From assembly GCA_946965045.2 (NCBI GenBank), contig OX337229.1, forward strand, positions 3,906,001 through 3,970,000: a stretch of 64,000 nucleotides of DNA, given 5' to 3'. Below, in pieces: positions 11,225 to 22,746 of this stretch (its first letter is position 1; every line of letters begins with the position of its first letter). The notes under the pieces are model-generated. The model made no database searches. It saw only the letters and a list, made by a program, of their open reading frames with translations, and was not told the DNA's origin. This stretch comes from Epithemia pelagica. Lineage: Eukaryota > Protista > Bacillariophyta. Position numbers and translations under genes: made by a program.

Positions 11225-12031
11225 ATGCGAGTTCAATTCGTGTCCACACTTCTCATATTGATTCTTCATGTTGGATATGGGTTCATCTCATTGACGACTT
11301 TGTCGTCGTTGACGAAATCGAAATCTCAATCAACATGTAAAACGAGTTCCACGTGGCGTATCTTTGCGGATGCCGGCAATGAAGCTGATGGGCAACAGGA
11401 CTCGTCTGGTTCCTCTGATATTCTGAATTCCCCAGCTTTCTTAAGACGCAAACTTGAGGTGCTGCAAAATGATATCGCCAAGGTTGAAGCCCAAGCTGAG
11501 GAAACTCAGGCTCAAATTGATAAAGGCAAAATTGAATGGGGCCCTCAGCTAGAAGCTCTGCAAGAAGAGGTAAGGGGTGACAAAGATTTCCAAGGTGCAT
11601 GAATTTTCTTGGCTCATTTGATCGACTCTATTTCTTGATATCGGGAACAGTACAAAAACATCCAAGACCGAATGAACTCACAAAGCAAACAAGGTGATGT
11701 TATGGCCATTGTACAAGTATCCAGGAAGATGCTCGATGTGTTGGACAACTATGATCGTGCCTTTGGTGCAGTAACACCCAGTACTGAAGAGGAATCTGCT
11801 ATTGAAGCTGAGTACAAAGCTACATATGATGAGTTTTTGAAGACTTTGGCAAAGATTGGAGTGGAGGAAGTGACCACAGTCGGAACAGAGTTTGATTACG
11901 AAGTGCACCAAGCTGTGATGCAAAAAGCTAGCGATGAGTACGAGGAAGGCATTGTTTGTGAAGAGTTTCAAAAGGGCTTCAAGATTGGGGATACTTTGGT
12001 GCGAGCTGCAATGGTGGCTGTTGCGGCATAG
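11225..12031 (+). CDS. grpE: Plastid-targeted GrpE nucleotide exchange factor (intron 11570-11650)
   Basis: Signal peptide ending GYG-F (ASAFAP-like) plus Ser/Thr-rich transit peptide; phase-0 GT-AG intron; LDVLDNYDRA, FDYEVHQAV, EEFQKGFKIGDTLVRAAMVAV. Confidence 0.92.
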
Positions 12032-12380
12032 TTTTTGTTGCTTTCCCCCATCTCGGTGCTATATGAGTACTCCTAGTAGTTTCGGACAATTCGATCGCAA
12101 TCAATAGTAGGTTAGATGATCTTGATGGTGAATTTTCCCTCCAGGGTGAGGTAATGCTACTCCTAGCTAACAAGCAAACTCCTCTCCGATTATCTCCAGG
12201 GTTTCAGTTTACCCGATCTATCATGACCAGTTCACCTGAAAATCTGCTGGTCATTCTTCCAATCAAAACAAAGCTCAAAATTTTACATGAACCCCTCCAC
12301 CAGGTCCGTCGCTGCGATGTTGATGAAATTTTGTTGTTGGATCTTTATGAACTTTGTCATTGTTGGCAGATTTGCGCGAA

Positions 12381-13808
12381 ATGGCTCGAGGTCTCTTGAT
12401 CGTACCGCCATTCATCAAATATAGTGCGGGACCACTGCTGGGTCCCAGTCTCCTACATTCGGCCGCTTTGAATCGTGGACACACCTGTTCTGTTATTGAT
12501 CTCAATGCAAGCCTGATCAAACAGGACAAACGCGTAGCTTTTCGAGAAAGCCTATTTGTAGGAGATCACGACAAACCCACTGGCGCAAATGGCGAATCTC
12601 ATTTGACTCGGGTGGAGGAGACTTTTTTCAGAGACAACATCCTTTCCTTGGACTTTCAGAGGCATGCTGATAAGAAGAAAAGCGTTCAATTTGCGTTTCT
12701 AGACCATGCTACAACAAAGAGTGCAGCATCCAGAATTGCTTCATCCACACCATTCGGAATGATGGCAAAGTCGGCCCTGGCGCAACACTGTGGTAACAAT
12801 CCCGCTCCCCACCTCGTTGGAGTGTCTCTTTTACATGCTGGACAAGTACTTCCAGCGGCGGCCATCTCGGTTCTGGCACGGGAGATTTTTCCTGATGCGT
12901 TGATCGCATGGGGTGGGCCTCATATCTCCGGACTGGGAAGTGCGTTGGAGAAGGATCTAGAGCAACGAGCGTATGCAGCAGATGTGTTTGTGAATGGACA
13001 CGCAGAGAAAACCTTTGTCGATCTATTGGAAATGGCAGCTTCACCGGATAAGTTATCAAAGCTCAAGTCAACCGTTTCGGTTATGAAAGGCAAACAGGAA
13101 TGTTCTCCATTGTCTCCTATTTTTGACAATCTTGATGTATACGACAGGCCTCTTACTCTCCCGGCCCAGTCAACTCTTGGATGCGCTTATGGCCGGTGCA
13201 AGTTTTGCACGTACCCTGCTATTGAACCCGTACCTACAAAACTTCCCCTGGATGTCTCAGTCGGCAGTGTTGTTCGCACCGCGCTTCAAGTGGGTGCCAC
13301 GAAGATTGCAATCAAAGACTCGTTGGCGACACCAACTCGATTGCGACAGATTGGGGACTGTATTGCTGGCCAGGTTGAATGGTCGGCTTGTTCCAAGTTG
13401 AGCAAAAAGTTGGATGTGCATTTGCTTCAATACCTTCGCGATCGAGGTCTGGTCACCCTGGAGGTTGGGCTTGAATCGCTCTTACCAGAAACACAAGTCC
13501 GTGTGGATAAGATTCAACCTCAACATCTATATGAGAAATTTGTGCAGGATGCTTCAACTGTGGAAAATCTTACTCTTGTGGTGAACTACATGACAGGGTT
13601 TCCGTGGGAAGAATCCACCGCTGCCACCCAGAAAATGAATGAGGCACGAGGGATTCTCCACAAATACATGGGATCTCATGGACACTTCGAACACAACTCA
13701 TTTGAACTCGAACGGTTGTCATCAATGATGAAGAACCCATCCGCCTTTGACATTGATAGCAACAAGATACGAAAATGGCCGTGGGCTTCAGTGGTTCAAA
13801 TCAAGTAG
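12381..13808 (+). CDS. Cobalamin (B12)-binding radical SAM enzyme, bacterial type, intronless
   Basis: N-terminus MARGLLIVPPF; B12-binding domain motifs VGVS and WGGPH; STLGCAYGRCKFC (CxxxxCxxC Fe-S variant); KDSL; TLEVGLESL; VNYMTGFPWE. Confidence 0.85.
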   Translation: MARGLLIVPPFIKYSAGPLLGPSLLHSAALNRGHTCSVIDLNASLIKQDKRVAFRESLFVGDHDKPTGANGESHLTRVEETFFRDNILSLDFQRHADKKKSVQFAFLDHATTKSAASRIASSTPFGMMAKSALAQHCGNNPAPHLVGVSLLHAGQVLPAAAISVLAREIFPDALIAWGGPHISGLGSALEKDLEQRAYAADVFVNGHAEKTFVDLLEMAASPDKLSKLKSTVSVMKGKQECSPLSPIFDNLDVYDRPLTLPAQSTLGCAYGRCKFCTYPAIEPVPTKLPLDVSVGSVVRTALQVGATKIAIKDSLATPTRLRQIGDCIAGQVEWSACSKLSKKLDVHLLQYLRDRGLVTLEVGLESLLPETQVRVDKIQPQHLYEKFVQDASTVENLTLVVNYMTGFPWEESTAATQKMNEARGILHKYMGSHGHFEHNSFELERLSSMMKNPSAFDIDSNKIRKWPWASVVQIK

Positions 13809-13960
13809 CATCACAGTTACCCCTGTTGTGGTTTAAAAAGTGTCTATGTATTCACACCAGTTAACCAATCATAGCTCCACGTGACATACCACTTTGACTG
13901 CCGACTGTGTTGGATGTCCCAGCAACAGTCCCAGGCGTGCTCCATCACCATGGATATCAA

Positions 13961-15925
13961 TCATCGGGTCTTGTTGGTTTTTTCCCAAACACCACCGACA
14001 TCATCCATGAGACGATCTAAATCGGCAATAGCACTGTCAGCCACAGAATTTCGGAGCGGCCCTCGATTTTGTCGAGGTTTCCGACCTCCAGTTGGAGCCG
14101 GAGGAAGCGGAGCATCAAACTCGGTGGAACTCAGGTCTTCTTCCGAGGAAGATCGAGAGGCGCGCCCTGGTCGTTTCAAAAAGGATCCGAATGCACGGCT
14201 CTTGCGCCTTGGAGTAGGTGTCTGGTGCTGTTCTTGCGGTGGCATGGGTTCGGCCACGGCCACGGGCAAGCTAGATGACGTTGCGGAGGATCCACCACCG
14301 GGCTGACCAGATCTTCGGGGGTTGCCTTGATTCGACAATAAAGAACGGCCATTTGGCACTGGTTGGTGAATTTGCCTCACACTCGTCGCAGGAGCCGATG
14401 GTTCGGTAGCACCTTGGGGATGAGACCGAGACGAGAGGATTCGTACCGGAGTGGGCGGTAGGGTACGCGTGGAGGACACGAGGGACGGTTCTGGAATGGC
14501 CGCCTGTTGTTGACGCACCGCTGCTTGACGTTGAGCTTGGAGTAACAATTGGACCTGGCTTCGTTGTTGTTCGGATGTGAGGGAGGTAAAAACGGAGGAA
14601 GAATCTTGGGGGGCCTGGCCCACCGCCTCCGTGGAAGGCAGACTCGACTGACTCATTTGGTTGGTGTCGTTGTGGTTGCTATTGCTCATGCGTTCAAACT
14701 TGCGGTCCAAAAGTTTGGAGGAAGCGCCATCCCCCACAACGGACATGGCCCCTGGCCGACTTCGCGTAGCGTGCTCTTGTTGCTGCCGCAACAACTGCTG
14801 CCGTTCTTGTTCCAGCTTTTCAAACTTTTGCTCGGGAGACTTGGTGGGAATGGATCCTTGGCCTGAAATAGCAGTCGCACCAGGTCGACGAGAGGGAGCA
14901 GAACCTGAGGATACCAGCCCTGGAACGGACGTGGCACCCGGACGATTCGCAACTGATCTGTTTTGCACGCGCTGTTGCTCCAATTGTTGCCGTTCTTGAT
15001 CCAACCGTTCGTACTTGCGATCCAAAGGAGACGGCACAGCTTCGGAGCCACGGGGAGCAGCAATCGCCGTCGCTCCGGGTCGACTTGTGGATTCGGACTC
15101 CACTCCAGCCCGGAGTCGCTCCGTTTGCTTAATGACAGAGTCCTCCTCCAAGTTCTGATTCGTTGCGTTATCAGAAGCGTTCGTTGCAGGAGGATTCGTG
15201 GTGATGCTTTTTCGGAGTTGTTCCAATTCTTGACGCTGTTTCACCAACCTCGCTTCACGTTCCCTTATCTGTTCTTCTTCCAATCGTATCCTTTCCTGTT
15301 CCTTTTCCAGTCTTGCCACCTGTTGTTCTCTTTCTTCGTGTTCTCGAAGTAACCTCGCTTGTTCTTCTCGTTCCCGAACCAACCACTCTGGTTCGTTTTG
15401 GCTGGTAGAGCTGTAACTGTCGTTCGTAGTTGTAGTTGTATTCGCCGCCGCCTCATGGTCGGCAAACAATTTATGTTGGAGTTCAATAATTTCCTCCAAT
15501 CGCTCATTGACGAGCGCTTGATGTTCTTTTTCCACTTGACTTTCCCGTTCACGCATCCGGCGTTGGTGTTCGGCATCGACGGCTTGTTCACCAAGATCGT
15601 TCGTGTTGCTGCTCGAATGGAGTTGTGGTGCCGGTTTGGTTTCCCCACAAATTTCACAAGCCAAATAGGAAGACATTTGGTTGAAATAGGTGCAGGTGGG
15701 ACACGTCCAGCCTCCCGTGTCGTCCCCCGATGCCAAAGTACTCGGGATGCCTCCAGTCTGTACTGGCGCGACCATGGTTTGTTGTTGTTGTTGTTGGAAG
15801 TCTAAGAATCCATTGTCTTGTGGATACGTACGTGCCTCTCCCATATCCAAGTTGTAACGATTGTTGATATTTGTTGAAGAAGCTGCAATACCGTTTCCGC
15901 GTAGAAGATCAAGGTCTGCAGTCAT
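13961..15925 (-). CDS. RanBP2-type zinc finger protein with coiled coil and RPGA repeats
   Basis: WTCPTCTYFNQMSSYLACEICG (W-x-C-x2-C...C-x2-C); Glu/Gln/Arg coiled coil; repeated RPGA(T/M)...KFE(R/K)L/M units. Confidence 0.8.
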   Translation of the reverse strand: MTADLDLLRGNGIAASSTNINNRYNLDMGEARTYPQDNGFLDFQQQQQQTMVAPVQTGGIPSTLASGDDTGGWTCPTCTYFNQMSSYLACEICGETKPAPQLHSSSNTNDLGEQAVDAEHQRRMRERESQVEKEHQALVNERLEEIIELQHKLFADHEAAANTTTTTNDSYSSTSQNEPEWLVREREEQARLLREHEEREQQVARLEKEQERIRLEEEQIREREARLVKQRQELEQLRKSITTNPPATNASDNATNQNLEEDSVIKQTERLRAGVESESTSRPGATAIAAPRGSEAVPSPLDRKYERLDQERQQLEQQRVQNRSVANRPGATSVPGLVSSGSAPSRRPGATAISGQGSIPTKSPEQKFEKLEQERQQLLRQQQEHATRSRPGAMSVVGDGASSKLLDRKFERMSNSNHNDTNQMSQSSLPSTEAVGQAPQDSSSVFTSLTSEQQRSQVQLLLQAQRQAAVRQQQAAIPEPSLVSSTRTLPPTPVRILSSRSHPQGATEPSAPATSVRQIHQPVPNGRSLLSNQGNPRRSGQPGGGSSATSSSLPVAVAEPMPPQEQHQTPTPRRKSRAFGSFLKRPGRASRSSSEEDLSSTEFDAPLPPAPTGGRKPRQNRGPLRNSVADSAIADLDRLMDDVGGVWEKTNKTR

Positions 15926-17214
15926 GAGTGTTGGTATCGATGATTCTGTGTGTGGTGGATTACGAGATTCAATTTCCTTCCCCTTCGATCGATCTTATGT
16001 GTGTGTGTGAATACGACAATACCTCTTCCACTTTGTTACGAAGGGAACAGGGATCTGTTTGACACCAAGAGCGAGACATACAACACACAAAAGGCGCTAT
16101 TACACTCTCTCAAAAGAACGAACAACACGTTGGGCGTTCGAGTCCAAGGCTTCGATGCCGCCCCCCACAAAACAGAATGGGCGCCGTCTCTTCTCGCGCA
16201 ATTATTATTGGTGTTTGCTGTGCTATGTGCTACTGAAAGATCAGAGTCCTGGAATTAAAATTTTGAATTTTTGTATTTCTTGGGATATACGAGTATTGTC
16301 GTTTTTTCTTTTAATTCGGCGGGAAAGCGAGGTTGAGACTTCGTTCTCGTGGCATATTGGTAGGGTCACTACCTAGGCTTAATTAAGTCGTGGTATTCCC
16401 ATCCAAAATCCAGCCGATTAGCCTACACCTTAGCCGTACTTTTACATTCTCACAAAAATCCAATCTGCTCTCCATTCCATCTGAGTTTTGAGTCTACTAC
16501 GGAAGACCTTGATTCTCCAAATCCTCGTGCTGGTGCTGGATGGCCTGATGCTGACTACATCGGATCGGTCTCTACCTCTACCGTATTGTAGAGCGCTGAT
16601 GTCTCTTCTAGGAAGATCGCGATGGGTCAGTAGTGTATAATACTATAGATACTATCTACTATCACACTTTTATACCATACTCGTACGTGTAGACCATGGT
16701 CCTACTGAAATATAACTACCACATCCTTTTAACAATTCAAGTATCGAGTATACTCACGTAGAGTTGTAATAGGTCCAGGGCTTAATACAGCAAGTATGGG
16801 TTCCACGCGAAGTCACGAGGGTTGGTAGCTCCTCTAGCCTAGTTGCACATGAAGTTTAGTTCCTTCCTCTTCATTGTGCTGCTGCTGCGTTTGCCTATAA
16901 AACGATTTGGTTTGGAATTGATTGGCCGTTTTAGGTACGAGAGCAATTTGGAAAATAATATAATGATACTGGTCCGTTGACTCCTTGTGAGCGCGAACCA
17001 TCGTACTATACACCAGTTTTTGACTGGTTGTCTCGTTTCCTAGGTGGCAGCATGGTCGTCCTAGAAACGACGACGGTACTCCTTTTGGAATTGAAGCTTG
17101 CGAATCGCTCGCATATTGATAGAAACAAAACAAGCATGTGCAGTTCCTTGCATGACAGGATGAGTCCACTATGCCATCATGTTTGTTTGTAGTTGTGACG
17201 GACATTCTATCAAT

Positions 17215-19421
17215 CTAGAGCGTCGTGACCAAGGTTGCCGCGGTTGATCCTTGCCGCTTGCTCGTCGTCGCCGACGTGTTGGTTTGTTGATAAAGTTTTT
17301 TGGGAGAGGACGGTGCTTGCGGTCGACTCCGCAAGGTTGAGTTTGAATCATTGGAATTCGTATGCACAATGGTCGGAATATCGGTAGTCGTACCGTCAGG
17401 AGCAAGAAAGGCGCCCAGTTCGACATCGGAAATGTCACTGACGGAAGCCCCCGAGGAAGACAAGTCTCCCGTTGATAAACGACGCCCCAGATTATTACCT
17501 TGTTGTGACCGCAATGTCTTCCACGGTGAAATTTTGGATTTGACGCCCCGTCGCATGTGCTTGCTACCATCGCCCTTGCTCCGTCGCAGTGATTTAGCCT
17601 GCCATTCACACCAAGCAACAAGACACCAGCACACCCACAGGCAATATGTGAGATCCATACTAGGAATTCCTCATAGAATAGTTGTGTTCTCGTACTTACC
17701 GTCAAGGCGGCAATAAAGACCACGACGCCCAACACATGTTCCCAGGTGCAGACATTATGAAAGAGAAAAAAGGACAAGAAGAGGGTTGCCGCTTTACGGG
17801 CGGTGCTGGTAATGGACATGGTCAAGGCTCCAAAATTTTTGGTAATGGCGGCCGAACACGAACTACCAAAAAATCCCATGGTGGAAAACAGCACTATAAC
17901 TGTAATTTTGCCCATGACAGTCCAAGTGCGTTCTTCGACCGGTTTGTCGAGTTCGTCGTAGGTGCCAGGTTGGAACAACCATTGAAAACCCGTAAAAAAG
18001 TCACCTTTGGCCACGGCCGCAGCTGTAATGGCCACCAAGGCAATGGAATAGACACGAAAGATAAACTAAAACAGCACCAAATACACAGACACACGATCCA
18101 AATAAAGAGCAAGAGTACAACGAATGAGTATGGCATACCATCATCGTCACAGAACATATGTGTATTTCAGGATACGTACTTCATCTTGGCCGACTCCAAA
18201 TTGCGACATGATGGATTCTGAGACATTGGAAATGGCACCGTCGCACAACAAACTAATGGTAAGCATGAAAACACCAGCCAAATCAAAGACAGCACTGGAA
18301 TTTGCATCGGCATGCATAAAGAGGGCCAGACCGGCGACCATGGCCAAAACAATGGCATAATCGGACCACTTGTAGGATTTGCGGGAAATCACGACACCAA
18401 ACAACATGGTAAAAACAACGCGACTGCTCTTCATGAGCGTCTTGGCGGGATAATTAATGTATTGCATGGCCATGTTGGTCATGGCCAAATCAATGGCCCG
18501 CAAGACGGACAAACCAAGATACAAAATAAGAGGCACAGCCACAGCCGAACTGCTTGTGTTGGATAGGACATGTGACGAAGCATTGGCTGCGGGTTGCTTT
18601 AGCGCTTGTTGCTCTTGCTGTTGTTGTTGTTTGAGTCGTAATCGTCGTTGTTCCTTGGCATAGACAAAGTTTCTCAGGAAAAAGGCCAGTACGGTATATC
18701 CGGTGAACTGTACCATGGCCAAAAACAACCCCAATTGACGTCCACAAATACGGACACTAATCAATTCTTGCAAATATCCATACAAGAGGGAAAATCCAAA
18801 GACTCCAGAGGCACAAACCAAGAATTGTGAGGTACGATCCAAATGAGAAATGTCCACTCCCAACACCAAGACAGGCTCTGACACCAAATCTTCAAAAAAT
18901 TCTAAATCGCTGGGATAGACACCCGTCGACGACACAGAGGCAAGGGTCGCCGCGGAACGAGGGGGGCGAGGGATTCGTCGAGAACCTCGAGCGGTAAAGG
19001 AGTTGGAAGAAGTCGCAGCAGCACTGGTCGTCACATCGGTAGTGGCGTAGGACGGTATGTATGGTGGTGAGGTGCCATTTGGTCCTGCTGCAGACAGATC
19101 CTTTTTGGTGAGGTGTGAATGATGACTGGGAGGTGTGGTTGTAGCAACCACGGCATCGGTCCCGTGGTGGTGATGGTGGGTTTTGTGCAAATGCTTTTGC
19201 GTACTGGTAGTCGTTGTTTGGCCCGCGGCAATGTCGGCATCGTCGACTCGTTGAGAGGGTGGAGGAGACATGCGGCGTAAATTGGTCGGGGACGCTGAGG
19301 AAGAAGACATTGGTCTGATCACATGGCTTGTTGTCGTCGTTGAAGGCACCTGGGAATATCGAACTCGTTCTCGCATGTCGGGATCGGCTGCTTTCTGAAT
19401 AGCCGCCCTCCAACGAATCAA
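17215..19421 (-). CDS. SLC35B3: SLC35B3/PAPST2-like nucleotide-sugar/PAPS transporter (introns 18066-18179 and 17599-17699)
   Basis: LLYGYLQELI, YINYPAKTLMKSSRV, AITKNFGAL, TARKAATLFLSFFLF; both GT-AG introns restore the frame (QDE|FIFRVY and AALT|AKSL). Confidence 0.88.
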
Positions 19422-20304
19422 CCAAAATGACTGTTACGATTGTAGTCCTTTCCCTTTCAGTTTCGGAGATGGTGGTTGTACTGATCGATTGTTTGCGCGG
19501 TCTATTCAAGAAGTTTCCATAAACTCTGAGTTTGCATCCATTCAAACCAATCGTTTTCCAAAAAACACGCCGAATTTGTCAAATGGTCAAACAACGGGAG
19601 CAACAGAGCACGGGCAATGTGCGTGCACAGACAAATTTCAGTATGGTTTCGGTTGTTGTGTGGTTGGTACCGATTTGTTGTCTCTCCTTGGACGTTTTTG
19701 GTTTGCTTGTCTCGTCTTTTTTTGGCACACGACGACGCGAAAATGTCTCTTGCGGGGTTTTGAGTTTTGGTTTGCGTTTTGTTGTCGTTCCCGCACTGCT
19801 CTCTTTTCGGCGGGCCACGACCATGGCACACTCGCGTGAAACGGGCATGCGGAGCAGTTGCGGCGTATTGTATGGGGTTCATTCTACTGTACGTGGCGAA
19901 AAGCGCGCACGGCGATGTGTTGCAACCGTTGATCTGTCATATTTTCGAAAACGGGATGTCGCTCTAGCTAGGTAGTCTACCAGTTGCCTATAACGTCGTA
20001 CGATACGTTCTCTCATTTACTCCTACACCGATATACCATTACGTTTCCGACCACAACGTTCCAACTAAGAGGAGAGGCTGCTGCTCGCAGGAGCCGTCCT
20101 TGGGGCTCAGGACGACAACTTCTGAGGTGGTCGGTAGGCAGTGATATCGTTGCGGGAGCGTTAAATTCAACCACCATGACGTCGACAAGGCGTTGTTGTT
20201 GGCCGTGAAGTGCCGAGTCCGTTACCATAACCACTCGGATTCACCCGTTCGTTGGATGACGAATGGTATGCGGTCCGTATGTCTCTCAATTCTCAATGCC
20301 AGTG

Positions 20305-22554
20305 TCATGTTTCCTCCATAGTGGAAGCAGCGTCAGGAACATTGGACGACAATCGTAAACTAGGCCGTTCAGTGCCCTTGACCTCATTCTTCTGCGGACC
20401 ATTCACAGGGAAGGATGAGGATACTTCTTGTTGTTCGTCGTCTTTTTCTTCGCTTGGCAGTTTCTTAGATGATGCCTCCTTGACTCGGTCGCTCTGGTTC
20501 GGTATTATGATTGTGGAGGATTGCCGGCCCTTTGGTCGACGACGAGGACCCCACAATCCATGATCTCGTCGAAAGGCAACATATTCGGGGACATGTCCAT
20601 ATTTGACAGCTTGTGTCTGGTCCATGGTGAAAATGGCACCTCGGAGTACCTGTAACAAGAATCCCAATCCAACTACCATAAATCCCAATTGACGAACCAG
20701 TTCGATGGTTGTTGGTTCGGTCACTGTGGAGGATACGGTCGTCGTGGTTGCAGTGGTGATAATTTCTGCAACCATGGGAAGCATGCCTCCCACAACCGTG
20801 CCGACCCAAAACAAACCCTCCCCCAAATAATTGGGATGGGTCGACCACTGCCACAAACTAAACCTTGGTTTGGAGGATGACAAGGATTCGGGAGACGACG
20901 GTGGATTGCCACCACACCATTCGTATCGGCACTTTGGTTGAGATTTGAACCACGATTTTTGCCAATCAGCCACCGTTTCCAATACCAGACCCAAAACTTG
21001 GACAAAGAGGACGGCATATTCCGCGAGGCCGGTCGTCCATGTGGAAGGAGAGGCCTTTGTCACGGTTGTCAACAAATCGTGACGCATTCGAAAATAGCTG
21101 GGTGACAACAGACAAAGATAAAAGAAGGAGTAACAGAGCCAACAAAGAGTCTTGATCAACAAGCTCGGTGGGGACGGCTGGTGTTGTGGAGTGTAATTTG
21201 TACCCTCAACAGCACTGTTGGTGGGACGGCTGGTATTGGTCCAGGACGACGCGGTTGGAGGACGACGGCGACGATTGACTTGCATGATGCGTTCGTGCAA
21301 GGCGGGCCAGTTCCAGTACTCTCGCCAGAGGAGGAACACAAACATTCGAATCGACCATAGAATCACCAATCCTGTATGAAGGAACGTGCGTTGATAAGAC
21401 GTTCCGGGAAACCACTGGTCGACTTTGCGGGACCACAGCCGCCCTTCGGAACCGCCCTGGGAATTTACCGTCTTGACAAAGTGAACCAGGGCGATGGACA
21501 GCGGCAATCCAATTCCCAAGGCATAGCCCAAGGAAATAAAGTACAAAAATACATAAAATCCACAGGAAGATGCCAAAAGGACAAGTAGATATAGGGCCAG
21601 AAGTGTTGGTCCTCCACTGGAATGAACCATCCAGTTCGGTAGGTGGGTGGACCGTAGGACCAGATTCCATCGATGTAAGGCTTCCATGGTGAGAGAAACT
21701 GTTCTCAACAAGAACAGCTTGGATCGGACCAATGGATGGTCTCGCGGTAAATGGGCGATTGGTTCGGAATCCATTGTGCTTTCATCATAATCTTGTCTCC
21801 AACCCGAGGAGGCGATGAATTGGTGCAACTTTTGCCGAGTTTGGTGTGCCGCTTGCTTCCAAATGTGACGAGGCGATGCCAATCCTCGCCATTTGGTTTG
21901 TTGCTGGGTATTGGTATGAGCTGCGATCATTTCTTCCTTGTCAGAAATGGGAGGAGCTGTATCATGACAAGCTTGCGTCTCGGCTGCCATAGTCGAGGAA
22001 GTCACTGTGTGACTTTTTGAAATGGGTGGGGACGGTTGCGGTGATCCAACCTCACGCTTGATTTGTGGCTCTGGTCGATTTTGTTGTTGTTGTTGTTGAT
22101 TCGAATTGTCGTACTGCAACTTGCTTTGAATGGCTGGAAAATCACGCTTGGATGATGCTTCTACTTTGGGTGGTGGCACTGGGATGTCTTGCGATTCCGC
22201 CCTTGTTGGAGGCGCTTTGACGGACTGGGGTAGTCGCTCGTCATCGGGAGGAGGAGGACCTCCTTGTACGGATGAAGATTTGCGCGGAGTTGTGGAGCCT
22301 TGGTGAACTTGACGTTTCAGAGACTCATTATCGGAAGCCTGATCTTCCATTGCACCGCCTCGTAGTGTCCTAGAGCTACGAACGTAATACTGGAGGATGT
22401 CCTTGTTGTCGCCATGTTGATTGACGATGACCCCAAATACCCGAAAGGAATAGGTTGCCTTGTGGGTGGCCTCCACGAAGAATGGCATGAATGGCAGAGG
22501 CCGTCGCCACAACGAAAACCATAGCAACACCAACATCAACGCGTCTAGTCTCAT
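20305..22554 (-). CDS. DUF1295 / steroid 5-alpha-reductase-like membrane protein with long N-terminal extension
   Basis: WSIRMFVFLLWRE, LETVADWQKSWFK, LWQWSTHPNYLGEGLFWVG. Start placed at ATG 22554 (MRLDALMLVLLW), below the tRNA. Confidence 0.78.
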   Translation of the reverse strand: MRLDALMLVLLWFSLWRRPLPFMPFFVEATHKATYSFRVFGVIVNQHGDNKDILQYYVRSSRTLRGGAMEDQASDNESLKRQVHQGSTTPRKSSSVQGGPPPPDDERLPQSVKAPPTRAESQDIPVPPPKVEASSKRDFPAIQSKLQYDNSNQQQQQQNRPEPQIKREVGSPQPSPPISKSHTVTSSTMAAETQACHDTAPPISDKEEMIAAHTNTQQQTKWRGLASPRHIWKQAAHQTRQKLHQFIASSGWRQDYDESTMDSEPIAHLPRDHPLVRSKLFLLRTVSLTMEALHRWNLVLRSTHLPNWMVHSSGGPTLLALYLLVLLASSCGFYVFLYFISLGYALGIGLPLSIALVHFVKTVNSQGGSEGRLWSRKVDQWFPGTSYQRTFLHTGLVILWSIRMFVFLLWREYWNWPALHERIMQVNRRRRPPTASSWTNTSRPTNSAVEGTNYTPQHQPSPPSLLIKTLCWLCYSFFYLCLLSPSYFRMRHDLLTTVTKASPSTWTTGLAEYAVLFVQVLGLVLETVADWQKSWFKSQPKCRYEWCGGNPPSSPESLSSSKPRFSLWQWSTHPNYLGEGLFWVGTVVGGMLPMVAEIITTATTTTVSSTVTEPTTIELVRQLGFMVVGLGFLLQVLRGAIFTMDQTQAVKYGHVPEYVAFRRDHGLWGPRRRPKGRQSSTIIIPNQSDRVKEASSKKLPSEEKDDEQQEVSSSFPVNGPQKNEVKGTERPSLRLSSNVPDAASTMEET

Positions 22555-22674
22555 TATGGAAGAGTTGCTGACATCCAGAGTATTACACCACACCACCCAA
22601 CGAGTGGTCGTTGGGATGGAAAAGGTTTCACAAGTGATCAGGATGTCGGGCTCAAGGCGATCGGTCAAAATAGA

Positions 22675-22746
22675 TTTCCCGAACGGGACTCGAACCCGCA
22701 ACCTACAGATTAGAAGTCTGTCGCGCTACCTTTGCGCCATCGGGAA
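22675..22746 (-). tRNA. trnR-UCU: tRNA-Arg (anticodon UCU), intronless
   Basis: TTCCCGA acceptor stem / TCGGGAA-A; D stem GCGC; anticodon arm ACAGA-CTTCTAA-TCTGT; T arm GCGGG-TTCGAGT-CCCGT. Confidence 0.96.

Noticed and set aside
12154-12369. Possible upstream exon adding a targeting peptide to the radical SAM gene
   Set aside because: The candidate GT (12304) and AG (12369) splice sites are out of phase with the obvious upstream frame; ATG 12381 matches the bacterial-type N-terminus.
16130-16150. GTTCGAGTCC T-loop-like motif
   Set aside because: No flanking T stem, acceptor stem or anticodon arm.
22555-22701. N-terminal extension of the 798-aa ORF (20305-22701)
   Set aside because: It starts inside the tRNA-Arg gene at a non-ATG codon; the ATG at 22554 is the credible start.
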